DNA of 64,000 bases from assembly GCF_964204645.1 (NCBI RefSeq), contig NC_134036.1, positions 9,031,859-9,095,858 of the forward strand. The letters are read 5' to 3'. Below are positions 11,501 to 25,737 of this stretch, in pieces; position 1 is the stretch's first letter; the number at the start of each line of letters is the position of its first letter. Position numbers and translations under genes: made by a program. This DNA is from Tubulanus polymorphus (taxonomy: Eukaryota > Animalia > Nemertea). The notes beneath the pieces are model-generated. The model was not told the DNA's origin, ran no database searches, and saw only the letters and a list, made by a program, of their open reading frames with translations.

Positions 11501-13499
11501 TTCCTTTTTGACAATTTTAATTCAAAATAATAAAATTTTGGATTTCAAGATTAATCTCATCTTTTTGGTTTTTCTGCCGGGAATGTGTTGAGTTTTGCAA
11601 TGTTCCCTCAGGTGTTCCGGAGTTCTACAAGTGTGTTCCCAAAAGGTGTTCTTGCAGTGTTCCCACTGGTGTTCCAGAGTTCTAAGAGTATGTTCCCAAA
11701 AGGAGTTCTCGTAATGTTCCCACAGGTGTTCCATGATTTAAGTGTTCCAAAACTCTACTCAACTGAAAATGTTCTAAGTAGTGTTCAAGATATGTTCTTA
11801 GTTTTTACAGTGTGGGATGAAATGTAGTAACAAATGATATATATAGTACATGGGCTATATATCACAAACGTCACTCTCGTCTCGACCTACATTGATCAGA
11901 GGTAAACAATAACACGCGCTCTCCTGGCCTGGCCCTGACGTCAGTCAACTCGACGATATGCATCTATTTTTCATCCATCGGGAATAGTCAACCTGGCGGC
12001 TTTTTCCTTTCGGATGAGACATGTGTCGTGAGATCTGTCTCTTATACCTTTTTAATTTTATGCCATGGGCATTATTTTGGGTCTTCGTGGGCCTAAATTT
12101 AGCGAAATTGAGTCATTAACCGTGGATTTTTGCAATGAGAGATCCTTGCACTAGCCTTTTTTGTAGATAATAGATGATAAATAATAAATAATTTATAAAT
12201 AAGATAGATTATGGTTTTTGAGACCATTTATTTAACCCTTTTTTGAATGAGGTGTACAATTTCAATTATTGTGATAAAAACTTCACGTGCAATATGTAAA
12301 TATGTATATAAATTATACAGTAGTTATTGTTTCTTAAATAATAATTTTCTACATTATTCAATACAAGACTTATCACTGTCGTGGGGGGTGGCGTTTGGAC
12401 GAAGTAGGATCCACTTTCTTGAGGCCAGGTCAAAAAATCTTATTCTTTATGAAGTGGCGAATGTCGGGGTGTCTTTAGACACATAGATGGGGGCAAGATA
12501 CTGCGCCAGGACGAGGAGATCGTGCAGGGAGGCACTCGATATGTTACACCGTGAGGACCTGAGGAAAAGATGCGCCGGAGCTCGGGTGACAGTGAGGTTC
12601 CGACATCGAGTCAAGGGCCCTGACTCGATAGACCCCATGGTGGACACCTGGCCTGTCTGGTCCGTGTAATTGGGTCAATAGTTAAGACTTACCTCTGACA
12701 CTCGCTTCCTTCTCCCCTATTCCTTTTTACGAACTATAAACTTTTTGTCTCTGAAGCTGTCCATCCCTTCGGCGGAAAATTTCTGAGGATTTCCCCTTTA
12801 TAGTTCCACTTCCCGGGACTACAGGACCAAGGCGGACCCTGTAGCCACGCTTATTGAGGAGACCTGACGATCACGACACCTATCGGTCGCTACCAGAGGA
12901 TGACACTAAATCGCGGGCGCGTACCGGCTACATAGAAAAAAAGATACAGCACACGAAAAGTAAACGGCGCCTTGAAGGGAAACATATGTCATGGTTAAGT
13001 TAACTTTGAATGACGGGACGGTGTCTCAAGATCACATTTCTGCATTACAGGGATTATTCAGACAACATCCATTTCACGTATCTAGAAGCAGTACATATTT
13101 ATAGCAAGCATGCTATGTGCAAAAAGAATAAGACTCAGATATTACGAGGGTGATGCAGCTAATCATATATCATCGGGGTATTAAGACATGATACAGAACA
13201 TACCGATGGCCACAGTAGACAAGTTCCAGCCAGTAGTAAAAAGTTGGATGATAAACATTGATAAATGACACAATATCCACAAGTGTAACCACAAAATCCA
13301 ATACCGCAGTAAACGACAATGTTGAGTATGTAACCTGAAGAACCTATATACTGGGAATTAACACCAATAAAACGTTTCCAGAACATTCTAAATTACTCTA
13401 TTCTCTCGACGTATCGGAGTGAGACACATGGACAACTACAGTAGAACTGGCGTAAGTCGGACGGCTTTAAATAGGAAAATCGGCCGAATCCGAAGACCC

Positions 13500-15125
13500 G
13501 ATTTTTTTCAGTTCATTTTCCTATTAGTTTATTAACACGAACGTTTTCGAGACCATATCCCCTCATCAGGTGAAATACAAGTGAATCAAATGATTAAACT
13601 ACAGTTTTATATACAACATAAGTTACAAAATTAAAAGTGCTAAATTCTAAGGTAATTACAAACCAAGTATTTAATTACAAGCTAATTATTTGGATACATT
13701 TAAGATAAAGGATGAGCCGTTTTGGAATAATTGTTGATTTAGAGTGGGTCGTTGCTCTTTAATAACCAGGACCTCCCTTATTTTACAGTCGAGATCAGAT
13801 GAACGTTTGTCTAGAATTTTGAATATGTTGTCACTGAATTCCTGATGTGACAAATTGCGAGATGTTGTCCAATCGCAGGAGTCTTTTCAAAGAGAAAAAA
13901 TTCTTAATTTTGGTCGTAGTGAATGCACATTTCTGGTTAATTTCAAAATTCCTTTTAAATAGATATTTTAATTTTTCGGGCAAATAGGATTGACGGGTTA
14001 CCAATATACGGTAAGGAGATGAATATATCAATTCCATCTTCATCGACAGGTTTCGGTTTAGGTTCGGAGCTATCTTGATTTCACAAATCTATTGATACAT
14101 TGATCGATGATATGGATAGGAAACGCATTAGATATAAACAGATTTTTCAAGTAATTAATTTCATCTGAAAAGATGGTCCAGTCACTGCAAATATTGTAAG
14201 CACGAAAAAGCATGGTATTTATGAGTCCTATTTTCCATTTGCACGGGCACATGGCGTTGAAATTCTTAACAAGCCCAATGTTGGAAGTTGGAATGGATGT
14301 TGGAAAATAGTCTGTAAGTGGATTCATTTCGAAATTTGCCGAAAATATCGTCAACGTAGGTATGATGTCGGTTTGTAATTAGTTTTGGAGAGGAGCAAGT
14401 TTTCAAAATGGGCAAGACAAAAGTTGGCTAAGGTTAGACCTAAGGGGCTGCCAATGGTGACCCCCATCAACTTGCTTGAAAATCCGATTATTGCACATGA
14501 ACAAACCCGAAGTTGCGATTTTCGGTAATTCTTCGAATATAGCCTGATCATATGAAGGTTTAGAGTTGGAAGCATATACATAATCGGAGACTATATCTAT
14601 GGTTTCTTTCAATGGAACATTAGTGAATAGTGACTCCGAATCAAAACTTATTAGGATATCAGAAGGTTTAAAAACGAATTGTTTCAGTTTTTAAGAAACT
14701 CCCATGTGCTATTTAGCATGAATTTAGACGGTATATGCGGTTTAATGATTTTATCAAGATATTTAGCCAGGTTATATTCAGCAGTGTCAATCATTGAGAC
14801 AACGGGTCGAAATATAAAATTATCTTTATGAACTTTGCACATACCGTATAATTTGCCTGGTTGGCTACCGCTTGGGTAGATAGAATCAAAATGTTTCTGA
14901 ACTTACATACTGTTTCACATGTTTTCTCAGAAATTCACGGATTTTGGTTTCATTAGATATGACAAAATGATTTTTTCTAACATTTTTGATTTCAGTAAAT
15001 TTACTTTTATCAAATACAATCTTATCTAATTTATCGAAATATTCATTAGAGTCCAAAATAACAATGTCGTTGCCTTTGTCAAACGTGCAGATCTTAATAT
15101 CCTTGTTTTTTCGAAGTTTTACAAT
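13500..15125 (-). mobile_element. Penelope-like retroelement, 5'-truncated and frameshifted
   Basis: RT fragments: DKGNDIVILD..Y..K, LYGMCKVHK, ISFDSESLFTNVP, G...GSPL...LAN, WKIGLINTMLFRAYNICSDW. GIY-YIG C-terminal tail KILDK..D.KIREVLVIKEQRPTLNQQ ending at ~13690. Hammerhead motif in the 3' terminal region. Confidence 0.9.
13535..13574 (-). ncRNA. Minimal type I hammerhead ribozyme motif
   Basis: Minus strand reads CAC-CUGAUGA-GGGGAUAUGGUCUC-GAAA-ACGUUC-GUG. Both conserved core boxes are present, with a short stem II and a palindromic ACGU in stem III, at the usual position in a Penelope-like element. Confidence 0.72.
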
Positions 15126-16433
15126 CGTACGGTAGAAATGTCGGTTCCAGGTCGAGCCACAGACGTAAGGAACACGTACCTGACCCATCTAGATAAAGTG
15201 AGCACCTGTTTAAATTGCCGATTTATTAGTGTATTTCGGGAAATGACTGAAATGATGATAATCAGTAGCATATTATAACTTGTGAACATATTACCTCATA
15301 CACAAATCAGTTAATGCTGCACGCTGCAGTACAGCCCATTCGATGTGTTGTTATTCCAGGGAGATTAATGTTAAATTTTTTCTACTATGAATTATGATTT
15401 GTTTAAAAGACCAGTGCCAATATGAAAGGTCAACATGTGCTGAAGAGAACTGTGAAATAAAATTTCGGATTGGCCCACTACTTTTCCCGTAATTTGCTAA
15501 TTACTTTACCTATAAATCCGAATAGAATCGACTAAATCCACGCCCACCACTAAAAACTTACATACATGAATATTAACATGGCTTACTATAGGTTAGTATC
15601 TAACTGAAAAGTATATGGTTATAGCTTGGGTCTGTCTATTTGGTCTGCTAGGTCAACTTTTACGATTTTTGGGTACCAAAAACCGACTGACCTATATCAT
15701 GTATACACATTTTTGTAAAATGGAGTAACTACTTGAAGATGACCATATACTCTGCTATTAGGTTGATATGTTAGCCATCGTTTTCCGTTATATGTTTATT
15801 CATATCATTAATGATGGGCGTAGATTTTAGGTTTCAGTAAAAGATTTGTGACGTATGCTAAAAATAGTACAGCAGTGTAACACTGCTAGGAAGGATGACG
15901 TCAATCACTATACACATAGCGCTTGCTGTACACATGTGATGCGTATAGTTCAGACAGAATAAAAGTTCACAAGACAATTATATTTGTTGTATTACCTACA
16001 ACTTTAAATTTGATACAACTACTACGCATTAAAGGAATTATTTACAGTATCTTGCATAAGTAAATTAATAATATATGAGATTTCTTAGAAATTATAATCG
16101 CTATGATTGAACGGCAATGAGATACAGGAATGGATTTTGTTTACGAATTAGCCATTTTTATCCTTCTACAGACCTTTAGAATATTTTCACTCAATAATAT
16201 TGATGTAACTATTTGTATTTGTCCAAAATATTTGTTATATCCTGTAAACAAAACTCCATTCAAAATATAAAACTCCGAAATTAAAAACCAGGGAAAATTG
16301 AAACTGTTGCGAGTTGGTCGGCAACAGCTTTTTGGCGGGAAATACAACTAACATAAACCACAAACAAATGTGTTTTTAGATTTAATGTTCTCTGACTTAG
16401 GCTTTGCGTTAAAAACATGGTACATGCTCGATC

Positions 16434-19400
16434 ATGGATTACTGTAATTTTGTCAAAGTTTTAGCAGCAAGAGTGACATAAGACAAACATTTTCTCCATT
16501 CACGTGAGTAAAAACCTCGTCATAACTCGCATTTGACAGCCGGTGAAAGATACAATCTATATAACAATATCACGAAAGATTTACGAAATTTGAAATTCAA
16601 GGATTCTAATACTTTTGCGAGAGAAATAAAACGGATCGAACTTGTGCTCAAGGACAGACAGTACTGGCTTCATAAAAATCAAAACGGTGAAAAAGAAGAA
16701 TTTTTACAGTATTTCTCTCATGAATGCTGGGTCAAGCTTCCGCAAAATATAAAGGAATCCCATACTCTTAAGGGATGTATTACTTGCAAGTCTCGTGACG
16801 GTCATATTAGTTGTCTCCATGTCAGCAAAAAAGACAAAGGACTATCATCTGCTTCCACTGTGTGTAGAGAGGTTCTCAAAGAAATTACCAATGCGAAACC
16901 GCCCCGTAACAAACAGAAAACGGCCGCAAGAAAGGCTGCAAAAAGAATCATCGAATTAGTAAAGCCCATTTTTGAGAAATCGTATGAAGAGCCAATTGAA
17001 GATGCTATCAAGGTAATTTCATTTCTTCAATATTTCAATATTTAATTGTTTATATCCATTTTACTGAGTTACATATACCGTAAACAAAACCATCCAACAA
17101 ATTTTTGTCTATTGCATTGCATCCTGATAGGTCTATATGCCTGGGCTGGTGCAACGCCTATTTCGTTAGTAAAAAAAATACGCACCCGAATTTCAGAATT
17201 GCTGCAATAATGTTTATTATACAGCACGTTAATCCTATTATCAACCGCAGTCGCTTTAGTTCAAGTAGACTCCCGAGTGCAAATAGTTTTCACTTAAAAG
17301 CTACATCTTTCTTTTTAACTTATTTCCGGCGGGAAAGTCCATTTTGTTCACTATGGGCTGATAAAATGAAATTTATACACTCTACAGCGCTCACTTCTAA
17401 ATAATCGGGCAATGCATTGCAAAGTTTGGAGTTCTGCATACATGTATAATCTTAATTGCAACACTTCTCGATATCACAGAAGAGTTAATGTATTGAAACT
17501 GTTCGGTTCTATTACAGCTTATCACGATGAGACGATATGAATTGAAAGATATGTATCGGATTTATAATCTTCAATTTCAAACTGTATGTTAATCAATATT
17601 CGAATTCCATTTATTTACAGGCGGTTTATCAGAAATCAAACTCCACTAATGAAACAATGAAAAACGCTAGAAGGAGAATACGTGACCAGTTAATTAAAGA
17701 TGACGACAATCGATTATTAGCAATCGGAGATTCTTTCGCTCACCATGACCGTCGTGTTAAGGCAACATATTTTGAGAAAATGTCCACTGCAGCAAATCGT
17801 GTTGCTCAAAGTATAATCTCCGAGGAAAGCGGTACTCAAGCAAAAAAGAATCCGGTTGGTTGTCTCGACGCCTACAATTTTGAAAGAACAGATTTTCTGT
17901 CTGAAATACGTACATTGGAGGAAAATACACATATAAACTGGTCGGAGATGGCAAGAAAATATAATGTTACTGGAAACGATGGTAAAATAAGTAAAAAAGG
18001 GGGTCAGATCTTAAAGGAATATGCGAAATTGCAAGGAATAAATGTCGACAAATTCAATACTAATGTCGTGATATCAGGAAGAGATATCCCAAAGCGTGTG
18101 AGACGCTGCAAAAAGCGTCTTTATGGTCACATCACCTTACCATGTGAGCGCAGCGCAAAGGAACTATCAAACGAAATAAAAGGAAAAATTGAAAGTGGGG
18201 AAATCAATCTGGGTGAACTTGTAGCACCGAAGGAATTCGAAAAAGAAATAATCAATTCGAATGGAGAACTCGAAGTACAGAAAGTAATTGTGTATGGTCG
18301 AAAAAGGGCGCTAGAAAATATTCGACAGGATGCACTAGACCGTCACGAGAAATTAGGAATTCTGCGGGACTTTGACGAAAATATGTCTAACCAAGAATTG
18401 AAATCATATCTAAGTACAATCGGTGAATCTCGAAGCGCAAATTGCTGTGTCGATTCTCTTCGTCACTGTGTTCGCGATTTCCATCGGACCCGACACATGA
18501 AACTTTGGCATGACCACAGTAGTATTGCTGGACATTCACATTTCATGGTTATGATTCAGTTTATATATGATCGCGCTGTTTATTTGACGGATGAAGAATA
18601 TCGTATTAAATATCCAAAAAGAAGATCTATCAATATCCAAAAAGTCGTCGAAATACCCGAGATATATATAATCGGCCGATCTGGAGCTAGCGAGGCAGAC
18701 CAATTGATATATATGGATACAAGATTAGAAGACTTGAAATCTCTTGGGTTACCTGTTATATCGAGTCAAGGTACACCGTATTATGACGTGATGCGATATT
18801 TTAGTGGTGATGGACCGGCACGCGCATTCGAAGCTGGAAATAATTCCGGCGGTCACTATCAGTGCCACTGTGGCGCGAATGCCAATTTACATGAAAATCT
18901 CGCGCACTGTTTTAGTAAATGTCATCGATCAATTGCGGAAAAACAAAACATTGTTACAAAAGGAATTATGTGGAAGAAATATGCTAACAAAATATAACCC
19001 TTTAGCAACTTAAAGGTCGATGACATCAGAGGAGAACTTTAAAATTGATATTTCGGAGCTTAAATTGAAAGCCGACTTACAGCAAGCACTATCCGAAGAA
19101 CTTTCCGGCGTAAAGCGAGTCCCAAGTGTCCTGTTCAATTCACCAACTGCTTCCCTGGATGATTTGAATTCCAATAATTACGAAATCGTCGAAATCGAAA
19201 CTCTACATGATATCGCAAATATGTCCAAGTTAATCATGGAAGAACTACCGGAACATATAGAAAACCAGGAAATCAAACGAAAAATGAAATGTCTCCACGA
19301 CCAGTTATTAGCAGGAAAGACACAGATTAAAGGGAGTGATGCCCGATTACAACTTGTACGATTGTGCAATCACTGTGAAAGATGGGAAAAAGAAGGGTTG

Positions 19401-21478
19401 ATATCAACAGATATTTTAAGAGTTGTATCTTCACTTGCAGAAATCAGTGATATAGCCTACAGCCCGGAAAGTGAACGTTCGCAAAAGCTCATCCTTCGAT
19501 TATATAATCTGACATTCGAGTTCGGATTTCTTTGTGAAAAAGTAATCGGTATCCCGTCAACAAAAAAGACAACAAAACGTCGCTTCTATGGATCATATTT
19601 CCATTCGATTACCGCTCATATGGCTGATGTCTTCCGTTTGATTCCGCTAAGTTCCCTATTAGCTGAAAATGAAGAAAGGACATTTGGAGACTGCAAGCGT
19701 ATTTCTGCTACAACGGGCCTAAAAAGACCCGGTTACGTTATCGGTAATATTTTTCTTCGCCATCAAGCTGAGCGACAGAATTGCTATAAACGAGATACGC
19801 TAGCTATTCAGGTGTCACGAATCAGCAAGGAGACCAAAGTTCTCTCTTCATTCGGAAAAAATACAATTATTACGTGGGACATGCTGTGTAAGAGACGATC
19901 TCTAGTTCAAGCACATTTTCGACGGATTTCTGATTATTTGGTACTCGGTGAAAACACATGGTGGAAAGTATGCGACAAAGGAATAGAGTGGATGGATGGA
20001 AACGATGAAAACAACCAGCGAATCTCTCCAAGGCAATTTCATTTTCGGTCATCCTCAAGAAAGGAGTGTGAGTTACATGTCAGAAAATGCTGGGATGATT
20101 GTCTGGACTTGTTGTGTAAACAGAAAATACGTCTCCCAATGATCAAAGTTAAGATGTCTGATGACGAAATCGTAGAAACTGACTTGATTAACGATATGCC
20201 TTGCTGTGAGTATTGCCGTTTCCCCATAATTTTATATTTCAATGTATCCAATATCAATACGCTTATTTACTTTTCAGCACAAAATCCGAATGAAGACGTA
20301 GAATTTAACTGCATTACGGAGGTATCTGACATCTCGTCACCTGATATCTCGTTTCTACGTCACCAAGAATCCGAAACAGTTGAGAGAAATGAAGAAATAT
20401 GTGTACAAATTAAGGCAATAACCGGTGAGCTTATTAGTGAAAATGAAAAAGTCCTATTCAATATATTTATATTCGATTGGATTGCTAATTGCTGTGTTGC
20501 TATTCTAGGAGACGAAACCTTACTGATGGAGCCGAGAGAAATTAGTTTGATGACATCGCCACCAAATATAGTTAATTCTGACCTAGGTAGATTGCTTAAT
20601 TGATATGATATTTCAAATTCAAAGATATATTTTTACATTTTCTTTTAACTTGACTGTTCTCAAAAAATATTTCTTCAGATATGTCCGGTATAGACAAAGT
20701 CGATGAATCGTCCGTATTTCCCGCAGATGAAACAACAATACAGATTATACAAAGTAAGTTACCAAATGTTATTACGCTATTATAATTGAATAGCCTAGAC
20801 CATACATTGAAATTGATTATGAAAGTTTTGAGCGTGAATTCAATTAAAACGTGGATTTACAGGTGGAAGTAAACTTGAATTATCCCTCGAAAAACACTCA
20901 TTAGAGAAGCAAAACCTTACAGGTGTGTATATCGTATGATTTAGATTACGGTCAGCTGCTTTTTTAGTCTAAAGATGACCATGTATGATATACATAATTT
21001 TTATTCACAGATTCTTCGGAGAACGATCTCAGTACAAATAGGAAAATATCTTCAATCACATGTAGCACACCGAAAAGTAAGCTTTTTAATCTTTTCAGAA
21101 TTCATTTCAATGTGTCTAATTTCGATTTTTAAGTAATAAATAATCTAATTATTTTTTTCAGTCAATGCGGAGAAGAAAAAGGACACTGGCGATCTCGTGA
21201 GAGAGTTATTGGGTGAAACTCCCCTCGTCAATGAATTTCTACGGCTATGAAGGCAACGACATAAACGGAAAGAATTTCTTAATACTTTGGCGGTTGTTCA
21301 AACGAGGATTCTTGCGAAACGCAGAGATTTCAAAAACAAACTCTCAGAATGGGAAAAACAGTTTATCATAGAAAACGGCGGATCATTCCCATCAGTGCAA
21401 GAATATAAGAAATGTCAACTATATAAACATAAAACATATTGTGAAATATTACTAAAACACTGGGGTTGCTATTACTAA
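16434..21478 (+). pseudogene. Decayed multi-exon RAG1/Transib-related DDE transposase
   Basis: Motifs occur in RAG1 order: LWHDHS, FSGDG...GHYQCHC, ETLHDIAN, YFHSITAH, ENEERTF. Phase-0 intron 17013-17620. In-frame stops lie upstream of 16533, at 18995 (with a nearby frameshift) and at ~21248. Several short 3' exons. Termini not resolved. Confidence 0.75.
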
Positions 21479-22461
21479 ATTTGAATGCACATTTATAATC
21501 CGAAAATATTTATATTGATGTCTCATTTATAATGATGTATTGTTGAAAATTTATTCATACGATGTTCATCGAATGATTCGTGAAATATATAGTATTCTAA
21601 ATCTGTTTTTGAAACTCGCGGTTACTCCAAGTGTAGTTTTGTATATGCGCATGTATACTTCTGAGTTTTATGACTCGTTGGAATTTCTTATCAGTTCTGT
21701 AAACAGGTCACACGTGTACGTCTAGATTTTCACAATTCACAATTCACCGTAGCATCCTGGAAATGACCGACATTTTCCAAGCGCAGGGTTTTGTATCCAC
21801 GAAATTATGTGACTCATGCTCGGTTTCACTGAAAATTTTTCATGTAGCATTAACTGATTTGTGTAGAAAAAGTATGACATGATATTCTATTAATTGTAAT
21901 TGTACGTGTGCCCTTTAAGCAAGTAGAATCAACATCGCGGATTGAATGCTTCATTGTAAAGGAGACATGCTGATGATTCCATTTTAAAAACAAACTTCAC
22001 TATCTTTAAGTTCCAAACTTTGATTTTTTTTTCATTCCAGAAATTATATAACTATGCCTTTAAAGTTCCAATAAATCGACCCTCTAAACCTTCGACCTTA
22101 ATTATATATGACTCATCAACGATATTCGAGATATATCAACAACTTAGAAATTATGTACTCGTGATACAAAGGAATTCCGTTGGTAGTAATTAGTTGCAAA
22201 ACTGTTCCGATTCGACATTTTTGGCCTCTTTTTTTACTAAAACACCCTAAATCGATTCGGCGCTATGGTTTTAGTTACAGCGCATCATCGAATACATCGG
22301 AAAACCAACCGATGACCTCTCGTAACATCTCTATTACCTTTTGACAGCCGGACATTTTCATTCGTTCCAGGTTCTTTATTCTCTAGATGGCGCGAGTATA
22401 CGATATTCCTCTGCCCAGACGTATTTACATAACCATGTCTCGCCTGAGATAAGCGATAGCT

Positions 22462-23229
22462 AACCTGACCTCAGTCACTAGGCTAATCGAGACGTCTGCG
22501 TGTGCCGATTTCAGTAGTTTCACAATTGCTATGCAACGACAGTAACCATTGGATTAGAATACATATGAATAGATTTCACATTTTGAATCGGCAGCCGGGA
22601 TCCAGTAGCCGGCTGCCGGTTCCCGGTTCCCGATTCGGCTCCCGATTGAAAATGATTTTGAATTGGGAGCCGGGAACCAGTAGCCGGTTCCCGGTTCAGT
22701 AACGCAATTGGCTGTGTGAAGAACTAGCAACATATTACAAATCATGCAGTACAATCTTTCTCGTATCAGACCGATGATGCTCACATCGCAGTATTCTCCA
22801 CTATTACATTCCCCATAATTGAGGTCATCCGCGTCTCTGAAGGCAGACAAAATGAAATTAGGTCACCGGCGCCTCTGTAGTCAACGAGCAACAGCTGACG
22901 CTCACATCGCGCAAATGTTTGTTTTCATCATCGCGCGCAGTGACGTCACGCGGAAAGTCCAAACTTAAATGGTACAAAAGTCTACCTAAACTTAATCGTA
23001 TCGGCACGAAATCTATTCGTAAACACAGATCAGACCATCCTCTTTCAATCCATACCACTTGACGCGTAATCGAAGGCACACGAACGGAGATTACGCGCTA
23101 CAAAGTTAATACGCTATGGCTTAGCCGCTTATAGTATAGACTATAGTTGCATAGAAACTGTGTGTATTAAAATCACACGCGTGGTGTTAATTCAGACGTC
23201 TCGATTAGCCTGGTGGCCGAGGTCAGGTT
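22462..23229. mobile_element. Non-autonomous DNA transposon with 37-bp TIRs
   Basis: AACCTGACCTCAGTCACTAGGCTAATCGAGACGTCTG versus CAGACGTCTCGATTAGCCTGGTGGCCGAGGTCAGGTT (3 mismatches). Internal palindromic CCGG-rich block at 22586-22700. Confidence 0.75.
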
Positions 23230-23231
23230 GC

Positions 23232-23860
23232 ACTCATTTCAGCAGACATAGAACAAAATCTTAAAATTAAATGATATCAATTTTTGGCAAAGTGGACAGT
23301 TTATGTATCTTTATACGAATAACCAACTATCTGATGTTTTCAAAAATTTCTTCCCTCCATTTGTGACTATGCAACGTACTAGATTTGATAGCAACAGAAA
23401 TATAAGATATGAACAGTTTAAATCGAACTTAAAAAAATCTTCTATAAAAGTAAATGGACCCAAAATTATGAATAGTTTATCACTTCATTTAAAAACCCTG
23501 CCATCCATCAAAAGCTTTAAAACACATTTAAAGGACAAATTGCTTTCTTCCTATTAGATACATACAGATTTTTTGATGACCCGCATTAAATTTTTTATGA
23601 ATTTTGCAGTAAGTTACTTTTCAGATAGTACATTTTTGTATGTGTGAGAGAGTGCATGGAAGTATGAATGAATCTTTTTTCTTTTTCTAATGTAACACTT
23701 TTTTGGGGGTGGTATATCCTACAAGCTATGCTTTTTTATATCTTCCGCTCTGATAAATTATGTCAATTTATACTGAATTTGTGCAAAAACATGATAATTT
23801 ATAAATTTTATATTATTTGTTATAGATTGCTATAATTTTCAGAAAATAAATAAATAATAA
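23232..23860 (+). mobile_element. 3' end of a CR1/L2-group LINE
   Basis: ORF2 tail ILKLNDI...FMY...SIKVNGPKIMNSL..LK..PSIKSFKTHLK, then a 3' UTR and an (AAAT)n tail. A second copy of the tail lies at ~24510-24597. Confidence 0.8.
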
Positions 23861-24702
23861 AATATCCTGACAATGTGTTGAATTCGTTAAAACCTCACTT
23901 TGAACGCAAAAGATCACTAGAAATGTAAAAAAAACTACCAAAAATCACAAATTTAGCGATGACGCTCGAAGCAGCTAACGGAAGTAATGACTGGTGCCGG
24001 ATGTCATCACTTTGTTGTTGAGTTCAAGACTCTAAGGTGAATTTATTGCAAGCTACACTGATAAATATGAAATGATATTATGAAATAAAATTGATTTTTG
24101 AGGGACTACACTCGTAGATTCATAATAAAAATATGAAAAGTACCAGGACTCGAACCAACAATCAAAATTGGGCCGTCAAGTGCTGCCACCATGCGATACC
24201 TCGCAACCAGTCTTCACATCTTCAGCCGTTGCAAAATGTTTTTTGATAATTTTAGGACACTTATAGTGATTTCTAGCCTTTGCAGTGAGGTTTTATTATA
24301 TCCAACGTAACGGTAGGTTATCATATTTAAAGGATTACGCATGACGATTTATAGTAAGTAGAATATCGCTGATTGAAAACTTGAAGCGAGAGATTTTCAT
24401 TGCAAATGAACTAGAGCATGGCGGATTTAGGTTCCAATTTCCGGATCTGACTAGCGCCATCAAACGATTTATTCAAGAACTTGAATTTGTCGATATCCAT
24501 TATTCATACTTAATTTGTGCAAAAACATGATAATTTATAAATTGTATATTATTTGTTATAAATTGCTATAATTTTCAGAAAATAAATGAATAATAATTCT
24601 AGTGGGCAACGGGTAAACCACATGAGGATCTCATGAGACTTTACAGGGCCCTTGGGACTCTAGTTTAAATATTCATTCCCTTCGATATTTGCGTTATGCG
24701 CT

Positions 24703-25737
24703 CTACATTAGCTTTCCTAGTCGGTGACAGCTCAAAAACCAGATAAGTGTTTTTCCAAAACCTTTTCGGATACCCAAATATACGAATAGATTTATCATCG
24801 AATTAATAGCGTGTAATAACTGTTTGGAATGATATGGCCGATACCAAGTCCTGCTACCGTCTTCCGGCAAAAGCGCTGGCAAAAACGTGTTTATTACACT
24901 CATTATGTATTCAACCATAAATATTATGTTTAAAACTAGTATTGTAATTGTTATTTGTCGGCCTTGTTTACTATCGGTAGAATTCGATTTATCATCACCG
25001 TCGATTTCTCGAAGTTTCCGCCGCATACGAGCCGCATCCTGCACCAATAAATACATATGAGCGTTACACGCTAAAACAATGATACCTGGGATAAATAAAA
25101 GTATACCTTTAGCAAATAAAAAGTCGTAATACATGGCATATTGTTTGTTTAGAAGGAGTAAATTTCTAAGATAAACATATGCGCATGGATGGTTGGGCTC
25201 CACTGCGTAAGTCTCCTTGTCCCATAACGTCGGTATCTCGAAGATAAAAGTGAGAATCCAAATGGATATCGAAACACGTAACGCATTTTGAATTGTACAT
25301 ATCTGTATGGCAGAAAGAGGAAACCTAATCGCTATATAGCGGTCAATACTTAATGCGAAAAGTAGCCACGGACTTGTAGTCATAGTCATCTGAAATATGG
25401 AATCAATGTAGAGATAAAGGCGACGAAAATACTGTTGATAAATGCCATTATATCGAACATATTCGAACGGATAATCCTCAGAAAGAATCAGCAAACCACG
25501 CCCAAACATTCCCGCAGTTAGACAATTTACCATATCGGCAATAGCTAGAACTTCCAAATACAGAATACTGCTTCCTCGAATTTTCATCAGGCGGAGAACT
25601 ATGAAGGCGAGACAGTTGGCGATTCCACCAATGATGTAAAGAATCGCACAAATCATTGTCATTATGGTAGCGTACGTGTACGTACCTTCAGCACCGTCAC
25701 ATGATTTACCACAACATATGACCGTTTCATTTACCAT
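24703..25737 (-). CDS. Rhodopsin-family (class A) GPCR, peptide/FMRFamide-receptor-like, single exon, 344 aa
   Basis: Seven hydrophobic segments. Motifs GxxxN in TM1, LAxAD in TM2, DRY..I..P after TM3, P in TM5 and NSxINxxxY in TM7. Confidence 0.93.
   Translation of the reverse strand: MVNETVICCGKSCDGAEGTYTYATIMTMICAILYIIGGIANCLAFIVLRLMKIRGSSILYLEVLAIADMVNCLTAGMFGRGLLILSEDYPFEYVRYNGIYQQYFRRLYLYIDSIFQMTMTTSPWLLFALSIDRYIAIRFPLSAIQICTIQNALRVSISIWILTFIFEIPTLWDKETYAVEPNHPCAYVYLRNLLLLNKQYAMYYDFLFAKGILLFIPGIIVLACNAHMYLLVQDAARMRRKLREIDGDDKSNSTDSKQGRQITITILVLNIIFMVEYIMSVINTFLPALLPEDGSRTWYRPYHSKQLLHAINSMINLFVYLGIRKGFGKTLIWFLSCHRLGKLM

Larger units (their letters stand above)
2058..11812 (+). mobile_element. 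Complete EnSpm/CACTA-like (CMC superfamily) DNA transposon, 9755 bp
   Basis: 19-bp TIR CACTGTAAAAACTAAGAAC at 2058 and its inverse ending at 11812. 2-bp TSD TG at 2056-2057 and 11813-11814. Dense subterminal GAACAC/GTGTTC repeats at both ends, and two internal genes. Confidence 0.93.

Noticed and set aside
1777-13036. Solo LTR (TGTGAT...ATCACA) interrupted by the EnSpm-like element
   Set aside because: The flanks show no target-site duplication.
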